A stretch of DNA of 58,889 nucleotides, from positions 863 to 59,751 of the forward strand of contig CAZIWT010000005.1 of the NCBI GenBank assembly GCA_964542895.1. Direction: 5' to 3'. This document shows, piece by piece, positions 11,960 to 20,769 of the stretch. Source of the stretch: an uncultured Thermodesulfobacteriota bacterium. GTDB lineage: Bacteria > Desulfobacterota > Zymogenia > Zymogenales > Zymogenaceae. Position numbers and translations under genes: made by a program. Each line of letters starts with the position of its first letter. The stretch's first letter is position 1. The notes under the pieces are model-generated. The model ran no database searches. It had not been told where the DNA came from and saw only the letters and a program-made list of their open reading frames with translations.

Positions 11960-13108
11960 TTACCTCCCTACTATCCAGACACAATGTGATTGGCCGCAGG
12001 CGCCGTTTATTCCGTGGGCGAGGGCCGTCTTGACTCCGTCGATCTGGTGCTCGCCGGCGTCGCCCCTGACCTGCAGGATCGCCTCGATAAGCCTTATCAT
12101 TCCCCCCGGCGTTACCGGGTGGCCGGAGAGGAGTCCCCCCGAGGGATTGACCGGCAGCTCTCCGTCCATCTCCGTTATCCCCTTGTCGATCAGCTTTCCG
12201 CCGCCGCCCGGCGGGCAGAAGGCGAGACCCTCGTACCACATAAGCTCCATGTACGAGAAGGCGTCGTAGACCTCGGCCACGTCGATCTCCTTCAACGGGT
12301 CTTCTATCCCCGCCATTCCGTACGCCTCCAGGGCCGCCTTGTCGAGGGCACTGGCGTCCGCCAGGTCCCTGTCTCCCAGGAAGTAGGCGTCGGCGGTGTA
12401 TGAAACCCCCTTGACCCATACCGGCTTCTTGGCCTTCTTGGCCTTTTCGCCCCCCGCAATTATTACGGCCGCCGCCGCATCGGATACCGGGGAGCAGTCG
12501 TACAGCTTCAAAGGGTCAGATATTATCTTGGAGTTGAGTACGTCGTCCACGCTGATATCAATGGCGATCTGGGCGTAGGGATTCTTGAGGGCGTTTTTGT
12601 GGTTTTTCACCGAAACCTTAGCGCACTGCTCCTCGGTGATGCCGTACTTGGCCATGTAGCGGCGCATCTGAAGCGCCGAGCTGTTCAGTGAATCGAGGCC
12701 GATGGGTCTCATGTATATGGGGTCGAAAATTGCGTTGGTGATGTAAACGTTGTCCGACTCGGAACCCTTTACGTGGGAGACGACGAGCGTGGTATCGTAG
12801 GTGCCGGATAGGATTCTCGACATCCCGTAGAATGAGGAGAAGGTTCCGTCCCCCTCCACCGCGGACATGTTCTTGGCAAGCCCGCCGCCGCAGGCGTCGT
12901 TCACCGCCATCGTCGAGATAGTTCGGCCGTCCCAGAAATCGTTGGATGTGGTAATGACGTTATCGATGTCGTCCATGGTCATGCCGGCGTCCTCCAGCGC
13001 CTTTTTGGTCGCCTCGTATACCATGTCCGCGAAGGTATCGCCGAGCTTGTTCCTCTCTATCTTTGTCTGGCCTACACCGACAAAGGCGATGTCATTAATC
13101 TCTGTCAT
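11960..13108 (-). CDS. Thiolase-fold protein of SCP-x/Ltp type (Ltp4-like), lacking the nucleophilic Cys
   Basis: IAFVGVGQT, SNDFWDGRT, SAVEGDG at the Cys position, EVYDAFSYMEL, NPSGGLLSGHP. Confidence 0.88.
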   Translation of the reverse strand: MTEINDIAFVGVGQTKIERNKLGDTFADMVYEATKKALEDAGMTMDDIDNVITTSNDFWDGRTISTMAVNDACGGGLAKNMSAVEGDGTFSSFYGMSRILSGTYDTTLVVSHVKGSESDNVYITNAIFDPIYMRPIGLDSLNSSALQMRRYMAKYGITEEQCAKVSVKNHKNALKNPYAQIAIDISVDDVLNSKIISDPLKLYDCSPVSDAAAAVIIAGGEKAKKAKKPVWVKGVSYTADAYFLGDRDLADASALDKAALEAYGMAGIEDPLKEIDVAEVYDAFSYMELMWYEGLAFCPPGGGGKLIDKGITEMDGELPVNPSGGLLSGHPVTPGGMIRLIEAILQVRGDAGEHQIDGVKTALAHGINGACGQSHCVWIVGR

Positions 13109-13119
13109 TTTTACCCTCG

Positions 13120-13578
13120 CTAAACAGGTTTAAAGTGCTTTATATCGAGTATATGCCCTTTTCTCTCCTTGTTGAAAACGGCCTTTACCCTCATGCCGAC
13201 CTTGATCTTTTCCGGGGGCACCTCGCCGATGAGGTGAACCAGCCCCGTGTCGGCTCCGTCGAGGAGAATGACCCCGATTATCTGGGGCGAATCCTGAGGG
13301 ATTAGGTCCGTTTTGTATCTGGCGATGGTGTAGGTCTGCAGGACGCCCTCGTCTTTGACCTCCGTCCACTCGTGGACAGGGACGAAGCAGTAGGTGCACG
13401 TCTTTTTCGGCGGCACAAAAACAAAGTCGCAGACGGGACACCTGGTGCCCCATATCTTCTGGTTCTCCTTTATCTCGGTGAGAAACCGGCTCCCCACCTC
13501 TCCAACTGACCAGGTATAGGGCACTTTTATCCTACTTTTATAGGCTATAAGCTCCTGGTCGCCCGCTTTTTGGGTCAT
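13120..13578 (-). CDS. DUF35 family Zn-ribbon/OB-fold protein (paralog of 10308-10778)
   Basis: RCPVC...PPKKTCTYC; shares VGE.GSRFL.EI and LDGAD with the downstream copy; ATG 13578 behind GGAGG. Confidence 0.93.
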   Translation of the reverse strand: MTQKAGDQELIAYKSRIKVPYTWSVGEVGSRFLTEIKENQKIWGTRCPVCDFVFVPPKKTCTYCFVPVHEWTEVKDEGVLQTYTIARYKTDLIPQDSPQIIGVILLDGADTGLVHLIGEVPPEKIKVGMRVKAVFNKERKGHILDIKHFKPV

Positions 13579-13684
13579 AATCAACCTCCGTAAATTCTAC
13601 AAAACTGTATTGGGTGTTATTATTACGTTTCCCATTAATCGACGATCATTGGACACCGTATTTCGTAAACGGGTTGGTTTAAGA

Positions 13685-13713
13685 AAAGTATCAGAGTTGG
13701 TCAAATATGTCAA
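13685..13713 (-). promoter_or_regulatory. Sigma70-type promoter for the DUF35/thiolase operon
   Basis: - strand TTGACA-17 nt-TACTTT, about 110 nt upstream of the start codon. Confidence 0.6.
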
Positions 13714-13898
13714 GGGCGGAGAATATTTTATAAAAATTTTACCCGATTTTTTTAAAACGATTGATTTTTGGGGGGAATTCGTCTTATAATGGCAAAAAGG
13801 GCCATCACAATATGTAGTTATGGGGATTTAAGACCCCACAAAATATCCAAGGTTATAGTGAAAAAATGCATAATTTCGCTATAAATTTACTTAATTTC

Positions 13899-13927
13899 TT
13901 GACAATTTAATGAAATTATATGAGAAT
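13899..13927 (+). promoter_or_regulatory. Possible sigma70 promoter for the 3D-domain gene
   Basis: TTGACA-17 nt-GAGAAT in AT-rich DNA. A second candidate, TTGATT-18-TATAAT, lies at 13761-13790. Confidence 0.45.
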
Positions 13928-13971
13928 TTTACCAAGAGATGCCCGTTTTTTATTTATAAGAGAGTTTTTTG

Positions 13972-14883
13972 ATGGAACGAAAGGACATCCTTAACCTCCT
14001 GGCCGACCAGCTTCGAACCGGCGGCAGGAAAGAGCGGGAGGTGGCGGCCCTCTTTCTGAAAGATGTACTCATTCGCCGCAGCGAATCGGTATCGAACAAG
14101 ATATTTGCGGCCAAACACCTCTTTGTCAACTGGTTCGGCGAGACCCTCACAAACGAGATACTGCTTATAAAGAGGGGCTACTACTCGTACGTCATAAAGG
14201 AGTCGATTTTCAGGCTGAAGAGATCGCTCTTCGGCTATCTGATAAACATCAAGAACGAGCTCTTCTGGGACGAGGCCTATTCGGACCTCTTGATCAGGAA
14301 TATCGTCTCGGTCGCGGCCGTCGTCGTCCTTCTGGTCCACGTCGGCAACTGGAAGACGTTGGAGGATCTGAAGAGGCCCACCCACACTTACGTTGCGATG
14401 GACAACAAGAACTGGGACGACGAGATCCTGTCGACCATCCTGGCCGCGGAGGAGTTCGACTCGGTTCTCAGCGAAAGCATAAGGGAAAACAAGATTCAGG
14501 AGCTTTTGGAATCGGGACATTCTTACGTCAGGCTGATCCGCGTGACTGGTTACTACTCCCCGCTGCCGGACCAGGAGAGATATGCAACGGGGAGCTACCG
14601 GGGAGACATCAGGCTGAACGGAAGGGGGGTCGCCGGAGCCGATTCGACCCCCGTCTATCTGGGCATGGCGGCGGGCCCTCCCAGCATGGGCTACGGCACT
14701 AAGCTGATCATAAAGGACCTCGCCAAGTTCGATATGCCCGATATCTACACCGTGCACGACAGGGGCTCGGCCATCAAGGGGAACAGGGTGGATATCTGGA
14801 TGGGGGCGGGCGAGGATGCGATGGATAAGGCCTATGATATAACGGGATACTACAAGGTGACGGTGGTAAAGGAGAAGAGGTAG
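13972..14883 (+). CDS. Membrane-anchored 3D (Asp-Asp-Asp) domain protein, putative cell-wall glycan hydrolase, with an unrecognised N-terminal domain
   Basis: C-terminal VTGYYS...ADST..YLGMAA...GTKL....YTVHDRGSAIKGNRVDIWMG is a 3D/MltA-B-like double-psi barrel. One TM helix (IVSVAAVVVLLVHV) near residue 115. Confidence 0.8.
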   Translation: MERKDILNLLADQLRTGGRKEREVAALFLKDVLIRRSESVSNKIFAAKHLFVNWFGETLTNEILLIKRGYYSYVIKESIFRLKRSLFGYLINIKNELFWDEAYSDLLIRNIVSVAAVVVLLVHVGNWKTLEDLKRPTHTYVAMDNKNWDDEILSTILAAEEFDSVLSESIRENKIQELLESGHSYVRLIRVTGYYSPLPDQERYATGSYRGDIRLNGRGVAGADSTPVYLGMAAGPPSMGYGTKLIIKDLAKFDMPDIYTVHDRGSAIKGNRVDIWMGAGEDAMDKAYDITGYYKVTVVKEKR

Positions 14884-15059
14884 CCCCGGCCCGACATATA
14901 AAAGGCGGCCTCCGTATCCCGCATGGCCAGTTCACGAAGAAGCAGGCCCGGCCTATGTTGTGACCCGGCCTTATATTGTGATCCAAACTTATCTCATATC
15001 AAATTGATATAAGAGGCGGTTGGCGGGAGCCGGCGGCCGTGATCGAAACAGGCAGCGAT

Positions 15060-15085
15060 CCCCTCAATTTTGAGGGGTTTTTTTT
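15060..15085 (+). terminator. Rho-independent terminator
   Basis: CCCCTCA-ATTT-TGAGGGG followed by T8. Confidence 0.85.
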
Positions 15086-15260
15086 GCCCAAATTCAGGTT
15101 GTTTTTTGGCTGGGTAGATATGGGGTGTTTTAATATTTTTTGGCTCTCCAGAGGGGATTAAGTTGTTTATGGTTAAAAAATGTGTTGATTTCTTTATACT
15201 TTTCTGATAAATCATTAAGTTATTCTAATATCAAAATGATCAGGGGAGAACAAAAGAACA

Positions 15261-16352
15261 TTGAAGGAGAAGCGAAACCTAAAGGAGCTGAGGGATCAAA
15301 TTGACCTCCTGGACGACGATATCCTGTCGCTCCTGAAAAAGCGTGTGGGGCTGGCGAAAAAGCTGGGAGAGGTCAAAAAGGACGCCAACCTCGACATCTT
15401 CGACCCGGCGAGGGAGGAGGAGGTAATAAAAAGGCTCTTGACCTTTTCCTCGGACGATCTGCCCGAAAAGTTCATCGGCTCGATCTACCGGGAGGTGATC
15501 GATTTTTCCAGGTCGCTCCAGAGGCCGCCCAGGATCGCGTATTTAGGGCCGGTGGCGAGCTTTACCTACTCGGCGGCCCTGCGGAGGTTCGGGAGCTATA
15601 GTGACTTTTTCGCCTCGGTGAGCACCGACGACGTCTTTGACGCGGTGTTGAGAAAGGAGGCGGATTTCGGCGTCGTGCCGGTGGAAAACTCCACGGAGGG
15701 GATAGTTAGCCACACCATAGATCAATTCATAGAGTCGGACCTCAAGATAGCGGGGGAGATATTCTTAAGGATCACGTTCGACCTGATGTCGAAGACCGGA
15801 AAGATCGAAGATGTCAAGCGGGTGATCTCTCACCCCCACGGTCTCGCCCAGACCAGAAGGTGGATATCCCACAACATACCGAGGATCGAGCTTGTCGAGG
15901 CGAACAGCACCTCGGAGGCGGCGCTGATTGCCTCGAAGGACAAAGCGGCGGCCGCCATAGGGAGCGAGGAGGCGGGAAAGATCTACGAGCTTGTCGCCGT
16001 GGAGAGGGACATAGGCGACAAGTCGGACAACTACACGAGGTTTCTCATAATAGCGGAGAAATCGCCGAAGGCCACCGGAAACGACAAGACATCGATCCTC
16101 TTTTCGGTCAAGGACAAGCCGGGCATCCTCCATAAGGTGCTGGGGTCCTTCGCAAAGGGGAACATCAACCTGACCAAGATAGAGTCCCGCCCTTCGAGAA
16201 GGGGAATCTGGGACTACGTCTTTTTTTTGGACATGGAGGGACACGCTGAGGATAAAAAGGTAAAGAGGGCGTTGAAGGAGATGAGCAGATACACGACCTT
16301 CGTAAAACTTATGGGTTCATACCCGAGAGGTGATAAAAGGAGCACGACATGA
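15261..16352 (+). CDS. pheA: Bifunctional chorismate mutase/prephenate dehydratase (P-protein) with ACT domain
   Basis: LRDQIDLLD..R (chorismate mutase), YLGP.ASF, VVPVENSTEG, NYTRFLII, NLTKIESRP. Confidence 0.97.
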   Translation: MKEKRNLKELRDQIDLLDDDILSLLKKRVGLAKKLGEVKKDANLDIFDPAREEEVIKRLLTFSSDDLPEKFIGSIYREVIDFSRSLQRPPRIAYLGPVASFTYSAALRRFGSYSDFFASVSTDDVFDAVLRKEADFGVVPVENSTEGIVSHTIDQFIESDLKIAGEIFLRITFDLMSKTGKIEDVKRVISHPHGLAQTRRWISHNIPRIELVEANSTSEAALIASKDKAAAAIGSEEAGKIYELVAVERDIGDKSDNYTRFLIIAEKSPKATGNDKTSILFSVKDKPGILHKVLGSFAKGNINLTKIESRPSRRGIWDYVFFLDMEGHAEDKKVKRALKEMSRYTTFVKLMGSYPRGDKRSTT

Positions 16353-17449
16353 TTAAAAAATTGGTTCCGGAGCACATCAAGAGCCTGACACCTTACCCGC
16401 CCGGAAAGCCGATCGAGGAGCTGGAGAGGGAGCTTGGAATCACGGGCTCCATAAAGCTTGCGTCAAACGAGAACCCCCTGGGCCCGTCGCCAATGGCGGT
16501 CGAAGCGATGAAAAAAGAGGTGGCCAAAGTCCACCGATACCCGGACGGGAGCTGTTTTTACCTGAAGGAGAAGCTGAGCGAGATCCAGGGGCTGAAGCCG
16601 GAGAACTATATCATAGGCAACGGCTCCAACGAGATCATCGAGATCCTGATAAGGGTACTGGTGAGGGAGGGGGACGAGGTTATCATGGGGGACCCGAGCT
16701 TCATCGTCTACAGGCTTGTGACGCAGGGGGTGGGGGGAAAGAGCGTGATCGTGCCCCTGAAGGACTGGGTTTTCGACCTCGACGCCATGAGGGGGGCAAT
16801 TACCGACAGGACGAGGCTCATCTTCATAGACAATCCGAACAACCCGGTGGGAACGGCGATAAAGAAGGATGACTTCTCCCGCTTCATGGAGGGTCTTCCG
16901 AAAAGCCTGGTCGTTGTCCTGGACGAGGCGTACAAGGAGTTCGACACCAGCGGCGAGAGCCCGGTATTCTCCGATTACATGGAGGGGGACGTCCCGATAA
17001 TCTCCACGAGGACCTTCTCGAAGCTCTACGGCATTTCCGGAGCGAGGATAGGGTACGGCGTTGCCGTGCCGGGGATAGTCTCGATGCTAAACAGGATCAG
17101 GTCTCCCTTCAATGTGAACTCCTTCGCCCAGGCGGGGGCTCTGGCGGCGCTTGACGATCACGATTTCGTGAAGAGGACCCTCGAACTGACCCGATCCGGG
17201 ATGGATTACCTCTACGATGAGTTTGAACTACTCGGGCTCGAATACATACCCTCCCAGGCGAATTTCGTCCTCGTGGACTTGGGGCTTTCGTCGCCCGACG
17301 TCTACAACGCGATGTTGAAGGAGGGGGTAATAGTCAGGCCGATGGCCGGCTATGGACTCAAAAACCACATCAGGGTCACCCTGGGGATGATGGAGGAGAA
17401 CGAGCGTTTTGTGGCGGCCTTGAAAAAGATTTTAGATAAGGGATTATAG
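16349..17449 (+). CDS. hisC: Histidinol-phosphate/aromatic aminotransferase
   Basis: [40 protein letters not shown] (PLP Lys). Confidence 0.96.
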   Translation: MIKKLVPEHIKSLTPYPPGKPIEELERELGITGSIKLASNENPLGPSPMAVEAMKKEVAKVHRYPDGSCFYLKEKLSEIQGLKPENYIIGNGSNEIIEILIRVLVREGDEVIMGDPSFIVYRLVTQGVGGKSVIVPLKDWVFDLDAMRGAITDRTRLIFIDNPNNPVGTAIKKDDFSRFMEGLPKSLVVVLDEAYKEFDTSGESPVFSDYMEGDVPIISTRTFSKLYGISGARIGYGVAVPGIVSMLNRIRSPFNVNSFAQAGALAALDDHDFVKRTLELTRSGMDYLYDEFELLGLEYIPSQANFVLVDLGLSSPDVYNAMLKEGVIVRPMAGYGLKNHIRVTLGMMEENERFVAALKKILDKGL

Positions 17450-17451
17450 AT

Positions 17452-18465
17452 ATGATTTTAATTCTAAAGCCGGGTTATACAGAGGAGGAGCTTAATTACC
17501 TGCTGGAGAGGATCGAGGAGGCGGGCCTGACGCCGCACATCTCCAAGGGTAAGGAGAGGACGATAGTGGGGGCGATCGGGGACGAGCGAATCCTCCAGAC
17601 GCTGCCGATAGAATCGCTTCCTGGGGTTGAGAAGGCCGTCCCGATCCTGAAGCCTTATAAGGTGGTCAGCCGGGATTTCAAGAAGGAGGACTCGGTCGTC
17701 AAGATCGGGGACGTCCCGGTCGGTGGGGAGAAGATACAGGTAATAGCGGGGCCCTGCGCGGTCGAGGGGCTCGATATGTTGAAGGAGATAGCAAAAGAGA
17801 CGAAATGGGCGGGATCGACGATACTCAGGGGCGGGGCGTACAAGCCCAGGACGTCCCCCTACTCCTTTCAGGGGCTCGGGGAGGAGGGATTGAAATACCT
17901 CGCCGAGGTGAGAAACGAGACAGGCCTCCCCGTGGTGACGGAGCTTATGAACATCAGGTACTCCGACCTCGTCAACAAATACGCGGACGCCATTCAGGTT
18001 GGAGCGAGGAACATGCAGAACTTCGATCTCTTAAAGGAGATCGGCAAGATGAAGAAGCCGGTCATCTTAAAGAGGGGGCTCTCGGCAACGATAATGGAGC
18101 TTCTTATGAGCGCGGAGTATATCGCCTCCGAGGGAAACACCGATATTATTCTATGTGAGCGGGGTATCAGGACTTTCGAGACCGAGACGAGAAACACCCT
18201 CGATATCAACGCCGTCCCGGTCCTAAAGGCGCTCACCCACCTTCCTGTGGTGGTCGACCCGAGCCACGCCACCGGCCGCTGGGAGCTGGTCACCCCCATC
18301 GGGCTTGCCGGAATCGCGGCTGGGGCGGACGGCCTCCTGGTGGAGGTGCACACAAATCCGGAAAAGGCGGTGAGCGACGGAAACCAGTCGTTAAAGCCGG
18401 ACAAGTTCCAGGACCTGATGGAAAAGGCGAAGAGGGTCGCGGAGGCGATCGGGAGGGTGATGTAA
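17452..18465 (+). CDS. aroF: DAHP synthase, class I-beta, with N-terminal regulatory domain
   Basis: [49 protein letters not shown]. Confidence 0.97.
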   Translation: MILILKPGYTEEELNYLLERIEEAGLTPHISKGKERTIVGAIGDERILQTLPIESLPGVEKAVPILKPYKVVSRDFKKEDSVVKIGDVPVGGEKIQVIAGPCAVEGLDMLKEIAKETKWAGSTILRGGAYKPRTSPYSFQGLGEEGLKYLAEVRNETGLPVVTELMNIRYSDLVNKYADAIQVGARNMQNFDLLKEIGKMKKPVILKRGLSATIMELLMSAEYIASEGNTDIILCERGIRTFETETRNTLDINAVPVLKALTHLPVVVDPSHATGRWELVTPIGLAGIAAGADGLLVEVHTNPEKAVSDGNQSLKPDKFQDLMEKAKRVAEAIGRVM

Positions 18466-18480
18466 ATCCCCGATGGGAAG

Positions 18481-18560
18481 CCGGGTTATTAGACGGGGGG
18501 GTGGGTTGTTAGATGGAGGGGCGAATTACTTGATTTGGGGCAGGGTTATTCGGTGGGGGT
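18481..18560. repeat. Four degenerate 20-bp tandem repeats
   Basis: CCGGGTTATTAGACGGGGGG / GTGGGTTGTTAGATGGAGGG / GCGAATTACTTGATTTGGGG / CAGGGTTATTCGGTGGGGGT align with an exact 20-bp period. Confidence 0.65.
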
Positions 18561-18618
18561 CGAGGCCGGCTGAGATTAATATCAATGGCGGTGGACGTAT
18601 TTGCGCGGCGGTCTTTCG

Positions 18619-19908
18619 ATGAAAAATGATATTGAGATCAAGCCGGTTAAGGGCCTTAAAGGCGAGATTCAAATGCCCGGGGACAAGTCGGTCTCCCACA
18701 GGGCGGTCATCTTCGCCTCGATGGCATCCGGGAGATCGGAGGTCAAAAACTTCCTCTTCTCGGAAGATACGCTGAGGACAGTCGAGATCATGAGGGTTTT
18801 GGGGGCGGAGATTTCCTCCAATGCCGAGTCTCTCGTGATCACGGGTGTGGGGAAGGGGGGATTTGTGGAGCCCGTGGGCGTCCTCGAGTGCGGAAACTCG
18901 GGCACAACGATGAGGTTGATGATGGGCTTGCTTTCCGCCCAGGATTTCTTTTCAGTCCTCGCGGGAGACGCCTCCCTCTCGGAGAGGCCGATGGGGAGGG
19001 TGACGAAGCCGTTAAGGGAGATGGGCGCTAAGATGATGGGGAGGGGGGACGCCTCTTACGCCCCCATCGCAGTGAGGGGCGGGGGGCTTGTCGGCATAAG
19101 GTACGATATGCCGGTAAGCTCGGCCCAGGTGAAGTCGGCGCTGCTTTTGGCCGGGATGGGGGCTGAGGGGGGAACTCAAGTCTCGGACCCGGGAAACTCG
19201 AGGGACCACACCGAGAGGATGATGCGCTACTTCAATATCCCCATAGGTGAAGAGGGGAAATATATTACGGTGAAGCGCTGCGGAACATTTAAGAGCCGCG
19301 ACATAGAGGTCGTCGGAGATATATCTTCCGCGGCCTTCTTCATCGTAGGGGCGCTGATAACCGAAAAGTCGGATCTCCTTATCAAGGGTGTTGGGATGAA
19401 TCCCGGGAGGCGGGGGTTTATCGACGCCCTGATGGAGATGGGGGCGGATATAGAGATATTGAACGAGCGGGAGCTCTCCGGTGAACCGGCGGCCGACATC
19501 AGGGCCAAATCCTCATCCTTAAAGGGTATAGAGATCGGGGGGGACATAATCCCCGGTATGATAGACGAGGTACCCGCCATTGCCGTGGCCGCGGCGTACG
19601 CCGAGGGGGAGACGGCAATCACCGGGGCAGAAGAGCTCAGGGTCAAGGAGTCGGACAGGATCAAGACCACTGCCGAAAACCTGATGTCGCTGGGTGTTTC
19701 CGTGGAGGAACTGCCGGACGGCCTCGTGGTGAGGCCTAAGGGTGAAATCAGGGGGGGTGCGGCGAAGTCCTACGGGGATCATCGGGCGGCGATGGCGGCG
19801 GCGATAGCCGGACTCGCATCGGAGAAAGGTGTTACGGTCTCCGATGTGGGCTGCGTTAAGATCTCCTTTCCCGGCTTTTTTGACATGCTGGGCGAAGTAT
19901 CGATCTAA
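18619..19908 (+). CDS. aroA: 3-phosphoshikimate 1-carboxyvinyltransferase (EPSP synthase, class II)
   Basis: PGDKSVSHRA, GNSGTTMRL, SAQVKSA, RDHTERM, IDEVP, ELRVKESDR, DHR. Confidence 0.98.
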   Translation: MKNDIEIKPVKGLKGEIQMPGDKSVSHRAVIFASMASGRSEVKNFLFSEDTLRTVEIMRVLGAEISSNAESLVITGVGKGGFVEPVGVLECGNSGTTMRLMMGLLSAQDFFSVLAGDASLSERPMGRVTKPLREMGAKMMGRGDASYAPIAVRGGGLVGIRYDMPVSSAQVKSALLLAGMGAEGGTQVSDPGNSRDHTERMMRYFNIPIGEEGKYITVKRCGTFKSRDIEVVGDISSAAFFIVGALITEKSDLLIKGVGMNPGRRGFIDALMEMGADIEILNERELSGEPAADIRAKSSSLKGIEIGGDIIPGMIDEVPAIAVAAAYAEGETAITGAEELRVKESDRIKTTAENLMSLGVSVEELPDGLVVRPKGEIRGGAAKSYGDHRAAMAAAIAGLASEKGVTVSDVGCVKISFPGFFDMLGEVSI

Positions 19909-19944
19909 TACTATTACATATCAAAGCGGCGGTTTGATTACGAT

Positions 19945-20613
19945 ATGACGGGCGAAGAGGGGCTCATAATAGCGATGGACGGGCCGGCCGGCTCCGGTAA
20001 GAGCACGGTGAGCAAAGAGATCGCAGCAAAGCTCGGCTATCAATATATCGACACCGGGGCGATGTACAGGGCGGTGGCGGTGAGGTCGAACGAGCTTGGG
20101 ATTGAGCCGGACGACGACGAGGGGCTCGAGAGACTCTGTGATGAGATCAAGATAGAGTTTATCGACGGGAATATAACGGTGGACGGCAGGGATCTGTCGA
20201 AGAAGATCAGGACCCCCCTGGCTGACGGCCTCTCCTCCAAAGTGTCTTCCCGAAAGCCGGTAAGGAGGGCGATGATCGACCTCCAGCGGAAGATGGCCGC
20301 CATCGGCGGCGTGGTCATGGAGGGGAGGGACATCGGGACCGTGGTCCTTCCCGATGCGGACGCCAAGTTCTTCATAACGGCGTCCCCAAAAGTAAGGGGG
20401 GAGAGAAGACACAGGGAGCGGCTTTCCAAAGGGGAGGAATCGAACCTCGACCAGGTGATCGGGGCGATAAGGGATCGGGACGAGAGGGATTCCAAGAGAG
20501 AGCTTTCTCCGCTCAGGCCCGCTCAGGACGCCAGGATTATCGACACGACGGAATTAAATATTTCCGAGGTTGTGGACACGATTCTAAAAAGGCTTGGGAA
20601 AGACGATTCTTGA
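19945..20613 (+). CDS. cmk: Cytidylate kinase
   Basis: DGPAGSGKST, IDTGAMYRA, MEGRDIGTVVLPDA, RDERD. Confidence 0.98.
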   Translation: MTGEEGLIIAMDGPAGSGKSTVSKEIAAKLGYQYIDTGAMYRAVAVRSNELGIEPDDDEGLERLCDEIKIEFIDGNITVDGRDLSKKIRTPLADGLSSKVSSRKPVRRAMIDLQRKMAAIGGVVMEGRDIGTVVLPDADAKFFITASPKVRGERRHRERLSKGEESNLDQVIGAIRDRDERDSKRELSPLRPAQDARIIDTTELNISEVVDTILKRLGKDDS

Positions 20614-20674
20614 AACTTAATAGTAAAATTATAGGCTTTTATTCCATTTTTAGTATGAAAGATGTCTTTTTAGC

Positions 20675-20703
20675 TTGACTATTTAGGAGATATAGTTTAA
20701 CTT
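20675..20703 (+). promoter_or_regulatory. Possible rpsA promoter
   Basis: TTGACT-17 nt-TAACTT about 65 nt upstream of the rpsA start, followed by a leader hairpin (CCGCC-GAAT-GGTGG core). Confidence 0.4.
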
Positions 20704-20769
20704 TAAGTTTTAGTTTTACATATAGCCGCCGAATGGTGGTTTATATAGAAAATTAGGGGGTATAACCGA

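Noticed and set aside
11955-12419. N-terminal extension making a 540-aa thiolase
   Set aside because: It overlaps the upstream thiolase in another frame. A good RBS precedes ATG 11954.
14925-14950. GCCAGTTCACGAAGAAGCAG resembling SRP RNA helix 8
   Set aside because: It lacks the CAGG bulge, GNRA tetraloop and correct stem pairing.
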